This document shows positions 30,472 through 39,863 of a stretch of DNA of 64,000 nucleotides, one piece after another. Under the pieces are notes generated by a model, which saw only the letters and a list, made by a program, of their open reading frames with translations, did no database searches and was not told the DNA's origin. A program made the translations under genes and the position numbers. Position 1 is the first letter of the stretch. Each line of letters begins with the position of its first letter. Origin of the DNA: a virus (Duplodnaviria; Caudoviricetes); the IMG/VR virus record IMGVR_UViG_3300035670_000121, positions 21,616-85,615 of that record; one strand, 5' to 3'.

Positions 30472-31074
30472 ATGAGTGGTTTATCTTTTTTATATAATCA
30501 TTTAGGCGATATTGCCAGTTTTTTAACTTCAACAGGTATGATTTATCTTTTTATATGTAAAGCTATGAAAAGATTGCAACCATATACCGATCTAACCGAT
30601 CATGTTGATAGTATAAATTCAGAAATCAAAGATATTAAAAAAGAATTAACAAATAATTCTGGAACTTCATTAAAAGATTTAGTTAGCAATATAAGAGTAG
30701 ATGTTAAATCCAACACTGAATTAACAACTACTATTTTAAATAGACAAAGATGGATGTTAGATAATCGCTCAGAACCAATTTTTGAAACAAATAAAGAAGG
30801 TAAATTCACTTGGGTTAATGATTCTTTTATTAGATTAACAGATCGTGGATTTAAAGATTTAAAAGATAATAACTGGATAAATATTTTACACGAAGATGTT
30901 AGAAGCGATGTGACTAAAGATTGGTATTTAGCTTTACAAACAGCAAGAAATTTCGAACACACAGTAAAAATTACAGATGGTAAAAATAATTGTTTTCAAG
31001 CTAAAATAATAGCTCATAGACAAGAAGATGGAAATTATATTGGCACATTAAATAATATAGTTAAAAATAATTAA
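30472..31074 (+). CDS. TM + coiled coil + PAS domain protein (holin-like N-terminus)
   Basis: NNSGTSLKD; PAS pattern IFETNKEGKFTWVNDSF..LT....DL...W...LHED. Confidence 0.7.
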   Translation: MSGLSFLYNHLGDIASFLTSTGMIYLFICKAMKRLQPYTDLTDHVDSINSEIKDIKKELTNNSGTSLKDLVSNIRVDVKSNTELTTTILNRQRWMLDNRSEPIFETNKEGKFTWVNDSFIRLTDRGFKDLKDNNWINILHEDVRSDVTKDWYLALQTARNFEHTVKITDGKNNCFQAKIIAHRQEDGNYIGTLNNIVKNN

Positions 31075-31116
31075 GAAAATTATTGCAATCCTCATCGATT
31101 CTGATAACATGCAGTC

Positions 31117-31710
31117 ATGTCGGGTTATGCTAATCAGATAACCACTTTATTATTAGATAATTCTTTTTTACCTTATTCGTTCTTAACAGGGCGAGCAGCA
31201 TTCATTCATTTAATTAAAAATAATATTAAATGTTTTGATGCTTCAGAAAATATCGTAGATAATAATTTTGAATGGTTTAGAAACGAAGGGCTTTCATTCT
31301 ATGAAGATCAGCCTTTTTTAACTTCGAAAGATAAGATTTGGTTCATTCCCACCATTGCAGTTATCAAGAAAAGTTTTTTCTATAATAGAAAAAGAATGCC
31401 GCGCACTCTCAACATTCAAAAATTATGTTTGATTTTTGATTATACTTGTCAAATTTGTTATGAAAGATTTGATAAAAGCCAGCTAACAATCGAACATCTA
31501 TTTCCTAAAAGCAAAGGCGGAACAAAAGAATTAGAAAACATTACTTTAACTTGTCATAAATGCAATCAGATTAAAAAAGATATATATCCTTTCTTGAATG
31601 TTAAGAATGAATCTATATCATCTGTACCAATGCCTATACCAGTTCTTCCTACTAAACCTACTAAAATAAGAGAAGAATGGCGCAAATACTTTCTATATAA
31701 GAAATTATAG
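31117..31710 (+). CDS. HNH endonuclease (McrA-like)
   Basis: CQIC...LTIEHLFPKSKGG...ENITLTCHKCN. Confidence 0.85.
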   Translation: MSGYANQITTLLLDNSFLPYSFLTGRAAFIHLIKNNIKCFDASENIVDNNFEWFRNEGLSFYEDQPFLTSKDKIWFIPTIAVIKKSFFYNRKRMPRTLNIQKLCLIFDYTCQICYERFDKSQLTIEHLFPKSKGGTKELENITLTCHKCNQIKKDIYPFLNVKNESISSVPMPIPVLPTKPTKIREEWRKYFLYKKL

Positions 31711-31711
31711 T

Positions 31712-31897
31712 ATGAACGTTTCAGAATTCGAAAGAACAAAACCAACAATCACATTAAAGAAAATTAATAATTTAATTTCTTTGATTGATGATGAAAGAGA
31801 AAAAACAGAAAATCTCTATAAAGACAGAGTTAAAAGCTTAGAAAAAATTAATGATATGCTTAAAGATTTGAAGAATAGTTTCAAAAAGGGTGAATAA
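31712..31897 (+). CDS. Hypothetical protein
   Basis: ORF track. Confidence 0.6.
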   Translation: MNVSEFERTKPTITLKKINNLISLIDDEREKTENLYKDRVKSLEKINDMLKDLKNSFKKGE

Positions 31898-32550
31898 TGA
31901 GCTATCTTCAAGCAAATATACCAATACAATCAGCTTATCTTGATAAATCTTTTTTGAAAAATGAAGAAGCTGGTACGATTGATGAATATTTGCCTGTAGA
32001 AATATTTTCTATCACTTCTATTCCAAGAAGGTGTTTATTATTTAATGTAATGAGTGAATACGGCGCTCAATTTACAAGAGTGCCAATTCAATATTTAAAA
32101 AATAAACTGAATTGCGCAACTATTTATCCATTGGATTGGATACAATTATGGGATAGTTTCAGTTATTATTTCAATATAATAAGATTTGACTATTTGAAAA
32201 ACAGCAATGCTTATATAATTCTTAAAAATAAAGAAAAGATTGTAGGCAAATATGTTTTTACTATTGATTGGTGCAATAGCGAAGAATACAATTTAGGTTA
32301 TTCAGAAGTTCAAGGTGGTCATAAATTAGCTCATGTATTTTGGGGCGAAAATGGACAAATGTTCGCTCAACCTAGCAATAGATGTTTATTCAGAGATTCT
32401 GGCGCTTGGATTTCTAAAAAGTTGCCTGATGATTTTAAAACATGGAAAGTTTTCTCAAAAGAATTTACTTGTGAAGGTAATGCATATAAATGGACTGCTG
32501 GTGATGATGAATTAATGTTTTATGAATTTGACAGAGACAAGATTAACTAA
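31897..32550 (+). CDS. Conserved phage hypothetical protein (YLQANIP...QLWDSFSY...TIDW...HK..H)
   Basis: ORF track and motif. Confidence 0.7.
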   Translation: MSYLQANIPIQSAYLDKSFLKNEEAGTIDEYLPVEIFSITSIPRRCLLFNVMSEYGAQFTRVPIQYLKNKLNCATIYPLDWIQLWDSFSYYFNIIRFDYLKNSNAYIILKNKEKIVGKYVFTIDWCNSEEYNLGYSEVQGGHKLAHVFWGENGQMFAQPSNRCLFRDSGAWISKKLPDDFKTWKVFSKEFTCEGNAYKWTAGDDELMFYEFDRDKIN

Positions 32551-33025
32551 ATCAGAATATGGTTGTTATCTAGCTTTAGCTGCTAGATCAAGATCAGAAG
32601 ATCCACATACGCAAGTTGGAACAGTGCTTTTTGATGAAGACTGGCGAACTGTTTCAACTGGTTTCAATGGTTTTGCTCCTCAATTAATACCGCATGATGA
32701 TATAATTCAAAACAGACCATTAAAGTCCGATTTAATTAATCACGCTGAAATAAATGCTATTTTATACTCCTCTCGCCAACCGTATTACGCTTGTATGGTT
32801 TATAGCCCATGTATTCACTGCGCCAAAACAATCGCGGCTTCTAAAATAAAAGAAATTTATTTTCTTAAGCAATACAGGAAGTCCAATAGTGAAACACTTG
32901 ATGTCAAATATATGGATATTTTTAATTTTTCAGGAATAAAATACAATCAACTATCTATTGATAGTTTAAACAAGATTTTATTTTGGATAGATAAGGATAA
33001 AGAATTTATCAAATCTTTAATATGA
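32522..33025 (+). CDS. dCMP deaminase
   Basis: RSEDPHTQVG, GFNG, HAEINA, SPCIHC. Confidence 0.9.
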   Translation: MNLTETRLTKSEYGCYLALAARSRSEDPHTQVGTVLFDEDWRTVSTGFNGFAPQLIPHDDIIQNRPLKSDLINHAEINAILYSSRQPYYACMVYSPCIHCAKTIAASKIKEIYFLKQYRKSNSETLDVKYMDIFNFSGIKYNQLSIDSLNKILFWIDKDKEFIKSLI

Positions 33026-33213
33026 CGGCCAAAAATTTATATTTAAAAACAGGAAAATTTTTAAAAGATGAATCGAATAAAATAATGCGTAAACTTATTC
33101 ATTCAAAAGATAAAAAAACTTTAAATCAAGCTAGAAAAGAATTAGCCGCAATACGACGACGAATAGCTATCGAAATCGAATTACTAGAGAAGTTTAGTGA
33201 AGAAAATGATTGA
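33022..33213 (+). CDS. Hypothetical protein
   Basis: ORF track. Confidence 0.6.
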   Translation: MTAKNLYLKTGKFLKDESNKIMRKLIHSKDKKTLNQARKELAAIRRRIAIEIELLEKFSEEND

Positions 33214-33270
33214 CACGACATGGGTTTCTGATATTATTGGCCTCGTTAGCGTTACAACTATATAAATACT

Positions 33271-33594
33271 ATGAATAATAATGAAAAGCAGAGTGACTGG
33301 AAGAAAAGAGAAAAAGGCGCTTTTTGGAAAAAAACAAAAGGAAGCACCACTTATTTGACAGGTTATCTTTCAGTAACCGATCCTTTTGGAAATGTAATTA
33401 AAGAGCGTGTGATTATGTTTTCAAACAAAACAAAGACTAATGAAAACGCTCCTGATTTTATTCTATATAAATCTGAAGATCAAAATACAGAAAATGAGCC
33501 AAAGGCTGTCGCTGCAAAGCCAAAGCCTGTAAAGAAGGAGGTTAAGCAGCCGGAACCATCAAATGACGATGAGATTCCTGAAATCACAGATTAA
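33271..33594 (+). CDS. DUF736-like small protein with SSB-like acidic tail
   Basis: GAFWKK...YLTG...F.NK.K...APDF; tail DDEIPEITD; own promoter (33210) and terminator. Confidence 0.55.
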   Translation: MNNNEKQSDWKKREKGAFWKKTKGSTTYLTGYLSVTDPFGNVIKERVIMFSNKTKTNENAPDFILYKSEDQNTENEPKAVAAKPKPVKKEVKQPEPSNDDEIPEITD

Positions 33595-33600
33595 GTAGTT

Positions 33601-33624
33601 AGCCCCCAGAAATGGGGGTTTTTT
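33601..33624 (+). terminator. Intrinsic terminator
   Basis: GCCCCCA-GAAA-TGGGGGT plus T run. Confidence 0.8.
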
Positions 33625-34095
33625 ATGATCAAAATCGAAAATTATAAATTGTTTGTTAACTCGAAAGATTTTGAATATTTAGTAAAAAAAGCAGAAATAG
33701 AATTAGCAGGTAGTAAATTACCATATTCAGAATCTTTAAAAAAATATCTTAAAAAATGTATAAATGATGAATCAATATTAGTATTATATGAAAATGAGTT
33801 GCCTATTGGTTTTTATATCATATATATTAACAATAGAAGAGTTGAATTAAGTTTTACTTATATAGTATCTCAATACAGGAATAAAGGTTACAGCCATGAA
33901 TTACGAATAGCTGCAATCGAAAAGTTCAAAGACAAATACGATAAAATTGAAACTTATATATTAAAAAACAATATAGCATCGCTAAAAGGACTAGAAAAAC
34001 TTTTAGAAATATATAAACCTCAATATGAAAAAAAACAAATTGTTGATCAATTCGGGAACCAATCATATCACTTTATCATACAAGGATTTAAATAA
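33625..34095 (+). CDS. GNAT family acetyltransferase
   Basis: YIVSQYRNKGYS, N.AS. Confidence 0.75.
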   Translation: MIKIENYKLFVNSKDFEYLVKKAEIELAGSKLPYSESLKKYLKKCINDESILVLYENELPIGFYIIYINNRRVELSFTYIVSQYRNKGYSHELRIAAIEKFKDKYDKIETYILKNNIASLKGLEKLLEIYKPQYEKKQIVDQFGNQSYHFIIQGFK

Positions 34096-34717
34096 ATCGT
34101 TTAATGATTTTGCAATAGATAAATTAAGCAGTAAAAAGTTAACAAAAAACGAGAAAAAACTATTGAATTTTATTTTAAATATTTTGCATACATATGATAT
34201 AAACGAATTGATGCCAGCTAGTTCAATGATCGCTTTTATGATGGGAGGTTGCGGTTTAGATTATCCACAGGTATTATCTTCAGCTATAAATTCTTTTGGC
34301 GGTAATCATTTTTGTTTTACAAAGATGGCCGAATTCATGATTAATAATTTTACTACTCATGAGGATTATTATCCAGGTTTTGGACATCCAATATTTAAAG
34401 ATAAAGATCCAAGAGTAGAAGCTATTTTGCAAAAAATGAAATCATTAAATATTAAAAGTCCAACAGTGAATAAGTGTTTAAATTTTTCAAAACAAAAAAA
34501 ATTAATTTTAAATATAGGCGGTGTTTCTGTTGCTATATTATTAGATCTAGGTTTCGATAAATATACGGTGAATTATTTTCCTATTATTTCTAGAATGCTG
34601 GGAATAACTCTTATTTATAAAAAAATAAAGCAAAACAAATTAAGATTTGCTACGTCTTTAGATAATATAGACAAATATAAAAATTTATTTCAGCATTCAA
34701 GCCTTGACAATGTTTAA
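34025..34717 (+). CDS. Citrate synthase / citryl-CoA lyase-like protein (degenerate)
   Basis: FGGNH, PGFGHPIFKDKDPR, LNIGG, FPIISRMLG. Confidence 0.65.
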   Translation: MKKNKLLINSGTNHITLSYKDLNKSFNDFAIDKLSSKKLTKNEKKLLNFILNILHTYDINELMPASSMIAFMMGGCGLDYPQVLSSAINSFGGNHFCFTKMAEFMINNFTTHEDYYPGFGHPIFKDKDPRVEAILQKMKSLNIKSPTVNKCLNFSKQKKLILNIGGVSVAILLDLGFDKYTVNYFPIISRMLGITLIYKKIKQNKLRFATSLDNIDKYKNLFQHSSLDNV

Positions 34718-34740
34718 CTTTCTTGATAAGGTTCATACCT

Positions 34741-35691
34741 ATGAAGCTTGGACTAGTTTGTATCTCTGAACTTTTGCGTGAAAAATCTCCCGAGTTGAAG
34801 TTCAAAACCATGACTCGCACTCAGTTCCTTAAGAAAGATAGAGAAGAGTCTATACAAGAACTTTCGCGTAGAATTTCGCATAATCTAACTGTTACAATTG
34901 AAACAATCAAACACTGCAAAGAGATAGGAATTAAACACTATCGCATTTCTTGTAAGTTGTTTCCTCTTATAACCGATCCAACTCTTAAACTCGACCTAAG
35001 TCTTTTTCCTTATTTCAATGTAATTGAGCAAAAGTTAATTGAAATTGGCAGAACCGCCAAGGAATTAAATATATCCGTTTCAGTTCATCCTGATCAGTTT
35101 GTTGTGCTTGGTTCTGAATCAGATGATATTTGCGCTAATTCCATACGTGAATTAAATTTTCATGCTTGGGTGTTAGATATGATGCGTATGCCACAGGATT
35201 TTACTTGTCCGATTAATATTCATCCTAGTTTGTCAAATTTTTCTAGCGCTGAGAATTTTGTTAAGAAATTTATTCTTAACTTTTTTCAATGCGATATTGG
35301 TGTTAGAAACCGTTTGGTATTAGAAAATGAAGATAAAGGATTTTGGAATTGTTCTAATCTTTATGAATATTTTCATTTATTCATGAAGGCTTCGTATACA
35401 TTTCATATTCCATTGACTTTGGATAATTTGCATGATGAGTGCAATCCTAGTTATGATGTAGAAGGTAAGGTTATTCCTTATCAGAAACACTATATGAAAT
35501 TTTATCAAACTTGGCCTGTTCCTCCTGTATTTCATTGGAGCGAAGGGATTAATGGAACACTTAAACATGCAGATAAACTAACGATTCCTCCTCCAGACAT
35601 GGGATTAGATTGCACTTATGAAATTGAAGTAAAAAAGAAAGATAAAGGGTTCTTACAATTTCTTCCAAAAAAATCAGCTATTGCTATTTAA
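34741..35691 (+). CDS. uvsE: UV-damage endonuclease
   Basis: YRISCKLFP, SVHPDQFVVL, INIH, RLVLENED, LDNLH, FHWSE, HAD, EVKKKD. Confidence 0.9.
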   Translation: MKLGLVCISELLREKSPELKFKTMTRTQFLKKDREESIQELSRRISHNLTVTIETIKHCKEIGIKHYRISCKLFPLITDPTLKLDLSLFPYFNVIEQKLIEIGRTAKELNISVSVHPDQFVVLGSESDDICANSIRELNFHAWVLDMMRMPQDFTCPINIHPSLSNFSSAENFVKKFILNFFQCDIGVRNRLVLENEDKGFWNCSNLYEYFHLFMKASYTFHIPLTLDNLHDECNPSYDVEGKVIPYQKHYMKFYQTWPVPPVFHWSEGINGTLKHADKLTIPPPDMGLDCTYEIEVKKKDKGFLQFLPKKSAIAI

Positions 35692-35720
35692 AATGTTTAA
35701 CATTTATATATTATTATATA

Positions 35721-35900
35721 ATGAAAAGCGTTACAATTAAGATTGGTGATGATGATTTGACTGATTTAGCTAATATTTTTAAAAATGAGGCTTCATTTAA
35801 GCCTATGGCTAAAGAAGATCGTTTGATTATTCAAATTCTAAAACAAGTTTTAGACAATCCTAAAAATGAGATTATCGAGGCACAAGTTATCGATTCATGA
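35721..35900 (+). CDS. Hypothetical protein (59 aa, not in ORF track)
   Basis: Open frame with ATGA overlap into the next gene. Confidence 0.55.
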   Translation: MKSVTIKIGDDDLTDLANIFKNEASFKPMAKEDRLIIQILKQVLDNPKNEIIEAQVIDS

Positions 35901-36175
35901 AGGCTAAATTAAATATAGTCGGCTCAAATGAAGGCGGATCTTTTTTAAAAGAATATCAAGATCAAATTGTTAACATTGAGAGTTTATATAAAAATATTGA
36001 AGCTAACGCTCCACCACTTGGAATACTCAGAACAGAAAATAATAAACAATTAAGCATTCAATTAATAGATATTAGATTTATCCAAGAATCTATTTATATA
36101 CAATGCTTTGTTATGAAAGAAGATGATAGCAAAGGCGGTAAAGTTCTGATTCAATTAAAACCTATCGGTGAATAA
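35897..36175 (+). CDS. Hypothetical protein
   Basis: ORF track. Confidence 0.6.
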   Translation: MKAKLNIVGSNEGGSFLKEYQDQIVNIESLYKNIEANAPPLGILRTENNKQLSIQLIDIRFIQESIYIQCFVMKEDDSKGGKVLIQLKPIGE

Positions 36176-36475
36176 ATGTTTCCAGAAATCAAGAGTATTT
36201 TTGAGAAATATGATGATCATGTTTTTATAGTATCTGTTAAAATTGACGATATAAAAGCTTATGACAGTTTAGACTGTTTAAAAAATATAATGTTTCTTGA
36301 TATTATATCAGAATTATTATCAAACGATGAAATTAAATATATTTTAAATGATGATTTCAAATACGAAGTCGCAAAACAACTAATTTTAGAGAATTTACGA
36401 TTCTATAAATTACAAGAATATATAATTTTAGTTCTTAAAATAAATAAACTCCCCGAAATAACAGAAAACTCTTGA
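36176..36475 (+). CDS. Hypothetical protein
   Basis: ORF track. Confidence 0.55.
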   Translation: MFPEIKSIFEKYDDHVFIVSVKIDDIKAYDSLDCLKNIMFLDIISELLSNDEIKYILNDDFKYEVAKQLILENLRFYKLQEYIILVLKINKLPEITENS

Positions 36476-36546
36476 CTTTTACATAAACATACAATATACT
36501 TTACCCGAATTTTGTACGATTGTACAAATACATAAAAACTAAATAT

Positions 36547-36807
36547 ATGAATGAGACTGCTACTATTACTCAACCTGTTGTCTTGTTGAATGCTATCACC
36601 AAGGCGACGCCTGAACAAATCGACACGCTGTGGTCGATTCTAAAGTATAAGGAGATCGGCATCTATCGAAAGATCAAGTGTATGAGTTCTGTGCTTGGTT
36701 TGAATTTTGATTCAGTGGTTACTGATCTTCCAAAAGATGAAAATGGCAGAATTCTAGATTTTAAGACTCGCCATTTGATTCATGATGTTCTAATCAAGAA
36801 TTCCTAA
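36547..36807 (+). CDS. Hypothetical protein
   Basis: ORF; sigma70-like promoter at 36472. Confidence 0.65.
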   Translation: MNETATITQPVVLLNAITKATPEQIDTLWSILKYKEIGIYRKIKCMSSVLGLNFDSVVTDLPKDENGRILDFKTRHLIHDVLIKNS

Positions 36808-36809
36808 TA

Positions 36810-37001
36810 ATGAATAAAAGATATATTGTTCGTGATAAGGACGGCGCATATCAGTCTGCTTATAATCTATCCTTTGGTAAGGATAAGGCTTATGATTGGG
36901 CTTTGCAATGTGCTAAGTCTATTAATGGAATAATTTATTATTCAGAAGGAGAAAATACAAAAGAACAAGAGGTGTATAGGGCACCTGATCCTAAAAAGTA
37001 G
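36810..37001 (+). CDS. Hypothetical protein
   Basis: ORF track. Confidence 0.6.
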   Translation: MNKRYIVRDKDGAYQSAYNLSFGKDKAYDWALQCAKSINGIIYYSEGENTKEQEVYRAPDPKK

Positions 37002-37056
37002 AAGTAGGACTAGGAAGGTTTGCGGTCATCCTTAAAACCGCTTTTGTTTTATTCAA

Positions 37057-37203
37057 ATGAAGAAGTGTGATATCTGTCGTAAAGAGACGACTTTATTAGA
37101 GGATCTTGATTATTGTTCTGTTTGCACAGATTGTTTAATAGAAATTGAAGATACAAATAAGCAAGACGATTTATTCAAAGATATACAAATAAATGAAGAA
37201 TAA
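37057..37203 (+). CDS. Small zinc-ribbon protein (not in ORF track)
   Basis: MKKCDIC...CSVCTDC. Confidence 0.5.
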   Translation: MKKCDICRKETTLLEDLDYCSVCTDCLIEIEDTNKQDDLFKDIQINEE

Positions 37204-37234
37204 AAAACCCCGCAATCGCGGGGTTTTGTTTTTT
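37202..37234. terminator. Bidirectional terminator between convergent genes
   Basis: AAAAAACCCCGC-AATC-GCGGGGTTTT. Confidence 0.85.
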
Positions 37235-37235
37235 C

Positions 37236-37427
37236 TTATTTGTGATTTTCTTTTTTTGGATGATCTTGGCGATCTGGATGTACTTTTCTAGGACCATGAC
37301 GCTTTTTGCGTTTTCCTTCTTGTTTTTGTTCTTTGTTTGGTTTTTTATGTTCTTGATTTTGTTTAGGTTCGTCAGCGAATAAATTTGCTGAAAATAATAA
37401 AGCGATTATAAATATGATGTATTTCAT
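37236..37427 (-). CDS. Small secreted basic peptide
   Basis: Signal peptide MKYIIFIIALLFSANLFA, K/H/R-rich mature part. Confidence 0.6.
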   Translation of the reverse strand: MKYIIFIIALLFSANLFADEPKQNQEHKKPNKEQKQEGKRKKRHGPRKVHPDRQDHPKKENHK

Positions 37428-37492
37428 ATAATATATTATACATAGTTATTTTATAAAAAGAAAAACTTTTACAATTCCTTTACAAAAAATAT

Positions 37493-38071
37493 ATGAATGA
37501 TGTATTTACAGATATTTATCTGAAAAAAGAATGGCAACAAATAATAGGAACTTTTTCTGGTCCCGGCGCTTCATTAGAATGCTCAAGTCCATATTTAGAT
37601 TTTTTGCAAAATTTTATTAAAGATAATAATATTAAATCTATCTTAGATATCGGATGTGGCGATTTTAATTTGATGCAACATCTAAATTTTGAAAATTTAA
37701 ATTATAAAGGCGTTGATGTCGTTCAATTTTTAGTGGAAGAAAATAATAAAAAATATTCAAAATCAAATATAAAATTTGAGCATAAAGATTTAACTACACA
37801 AAAAGAGACAGAAATTTATGATCTGATTTTAATTAAAGATGTATTTCAGCATCTTTCGTTCAAAAATATTTTTCTTATATTAGAAAACATTAAAGGTAAA
37901 AATATATTGATTTCTAATGATTATTACAAGAATTATAATTTAGATATAGATGATGGCGGTTGGAGATATGTTGATATGTCATATCAACCTTTTAATTTGA
38001 AAGGTGACTATATTTTTCAGTGGCCTGTTTTAAGCACTACTAAAAAAGTATTTCATTATAAAAATGAATAA
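37493..38071 (+). CDS. Class I SAM-dependent methyltransferase
   Basis: SGPGA, ILDIGCGDF, GVDVV, KDVFQHL. Confidence 0.85.
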   Translation: MNDVFTDIYLKKEWQQIIGTFSGPGASLECSSPYLDFLQNFIKDNNIKSILDIGCGDFNLMQHLNFENLNYKGVDVVQFLVEENNKKYSKSNIKFEHKDLTTQKETEIYDLILIKDVFQHLSFKNIFLILENIKGKNILISNDYYKNYNLDIDDGGWRYVDMSYQPFNLKGDYIFQWPVLSTTKKVFHYKNE

Positions 38072-39323
38072 AAACACTCCAGAATACTACGGTTATACTA
38101 TAGGTCAAAATATAGTACCATATATTAATAAATGTATCGATGAAAATGGCGAATGTTATGTTTCAGAAGGTGAACATGTTTTTGGTCGCAATGATGAAGA
38201 ATGGCATAAAGGTCATGTTTGGTCTGATAGTTGTATAACATGGGGTTGGAATAGGCATCATAATATTAAGTTAATTGGTGCTGGTCATGGTAAAACAATT
38301 TTCAAATTAATAGATAAAGTAAATAGTAGAAATTTATTTGGAACACCTGATCCAATTATTCACATGTTATCAACAAATTATGACGTTAGTTGCGATAATA
38401 ATTTAATAGAAGGTATAACATTTGATGGCAATTACCAAAACAATCATGATATTAGTACTGTTTGCGCGATGAGGATTCGCGGTTCTAATAATACAGTAAA
38501 AAATTGTCGATTTATCAATTTTGGTGTTGGCGATAAATCAGATCATGAATGTTTTCAAGTCTTTTGTGTAGGATATGGTAAATTAGACGAAGGTTCTAAA
38601 ATATTAAATAACATATTTGAATCTGTCGGCAAAAAGAAAAATAGCAAACAAGGGCATTGTCCCGAAAATACATTTGTTGCAGTTGGCGGCAAAGCGCCAC
38701 AAATAAAATATAATACATTTAAAAACTGCGAATTTGATACAGTAAATCAACAAAGTCCATTACATGCGATTACAATTGCTGATTCTTTAAATGCAGAAAT
38801 AACAGATAATATATTTGAAAACTTTCAAGGTAATTGCATTTACATAGATAGTTGGAAAAATAAAAATGCTGTAATAGTGAACAACCGTGGTACAAATATA
38901 TGGATTTTTATAGCTCTTACGTGTCAGTATTGGCAAAATCAAGATCAAATTAGTTACAGTGAAGATTTTTGCATAGAAAACAATGAAGTTGTTTTAAGCA
39001 ATGGGGATGTATATTATCAATGGGACCGGCAACCAATTGCGTCTGTGTTTTTTGCTTATAACCATGACCCTCAATTAAATATTAATATACATACAGGATT
39101 CAAAAATGTTATTGCAAAAGATAATAAAATCACTTTAGGCCATCGAATAATTAATGGCACTGTTGAAGCAAGCAATGTTTTGAAATGTTATTGGGGATAT
39201 ATGGCAAGTACTGATAAAATCCTATTGACAAACAATCAAATTTTCAGTAATATACCTAAACCAATTGAGAAGCTATCTATCTTTAGAAGATTTATTAATT
39301 GGTTATTAAATATATTCAAATAA
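38064..39323 (+). CDS. Right-handed beta-helix (pectate lyase-like) protein
   Basis: LIGAGHGKT, IEGITFDGN, repeated NN.F.N strands. Confidence 0.7.
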   Translation: MNKNTPEYYGYTIGQNIVPYINKCIDENGECYVSEGEHVFGRNDEEWHKGHVWSDSCITWGWNRHHNIKLIGAGHGKTIFKLIDKVNSRNLFGTPDPIIHMLSTNYDVSCDNNLIEGITFDGNYQNNHDISTVCAMRIRGSNNTVKNCRFINFGVGDKSDHECFQVFCVGYGKLDEGSKILNNIFESVGKKKNSKQGHCPENTFVAVGGKAPQIKYNTFKNCEFDTVNQQSPLHAITIADSLNAEITDNIFENFQGNCIYIDSWKNKNAVIVNNRGTNIWIFIALTCQYWQNQDQISYSEDFCIENNEVVLSNGDVYYQWDRQPIASVFFAYNHDPQLNINIHTGFKNVIAKDNKITLGHRIINGTVEASNVLKCYWGYMASTDKILLTNNQIFSNIPKPIEKLSIFRRFINWLLNIFK

Positions 39324-39325
39324 TT

Positions 39326-39799
39326 ATGAAGAGACTAATCGCACTACTATCTATTATTACTGCACTCACGGCCAACGCTTTGGATTTCTCCATTGTTGGA
39401 AGTGGAAACACTCAAACTCAAGGACCAACTACGCCAACACAGTTTGCTACTGGTCTTCGTTTCGAAACTTTTGTTACTGATGCTATTAGCATTGGCGCTG
39501 TTCAATCGTTTGGATTGACTGCTGTTGATAATGTATTGTTTAATACTGAAGTATTTACTGCTTACAATATTAACTATACAATTTTTGGAATGAAGAATAC
39601 TGTATTCGCTGGCGGCGATGTTAATCTAGCTTATGGCGATGGAACTCAAAGCGCGTGGAAAGCTGGACCAATTCTAGGCAATCGATTTTTCCTAACTGAT
39701 AATACTTATATTCTCGCCCAAGCTGCTTACGATGTAGCTTTGAATGGCGTATCGAATAATCAGGTTCGATATACGTTAGGTTTGGCTTTTAGATTTTAA
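39326..39799 (+). CDS. Outer-membrane beta-barrel protein
   Basis: Signal peptide MKRLIALLSIITALTANA; alternating strands; C-terminal YTLGLAFRF beta-signal. Confidence 0.75.
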   Translation: MKRLIALLSIITALTANALDFSIVGSGNTQTQGPTTPTQFATGLRFETFVTDAISIGAVQSFGLTAVDNVLFNTEVFTAYNINYTIFGMKNTVFAGGDVNLAYGDGTQSAWKAGPILGNRFFLTDNTYILAQAAYDVALNGVSNNQVRYTLGLAFRF

Positions 39800-39827
39800 T
39801 TAGAATAATCTAAAAAATTTGTGTATT

Positions 39828-39859
39828 ATCCAGTAGGGGCCAAACCCTACTGGATTTTT
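39828..39859 (+). terminator. Hairpin/terminator
   Basis: ATCCAGTAGGG...CCCTACTGGAT plus T run. Confidence 0.7.
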
Positions 39860-39863
39860 ATTT

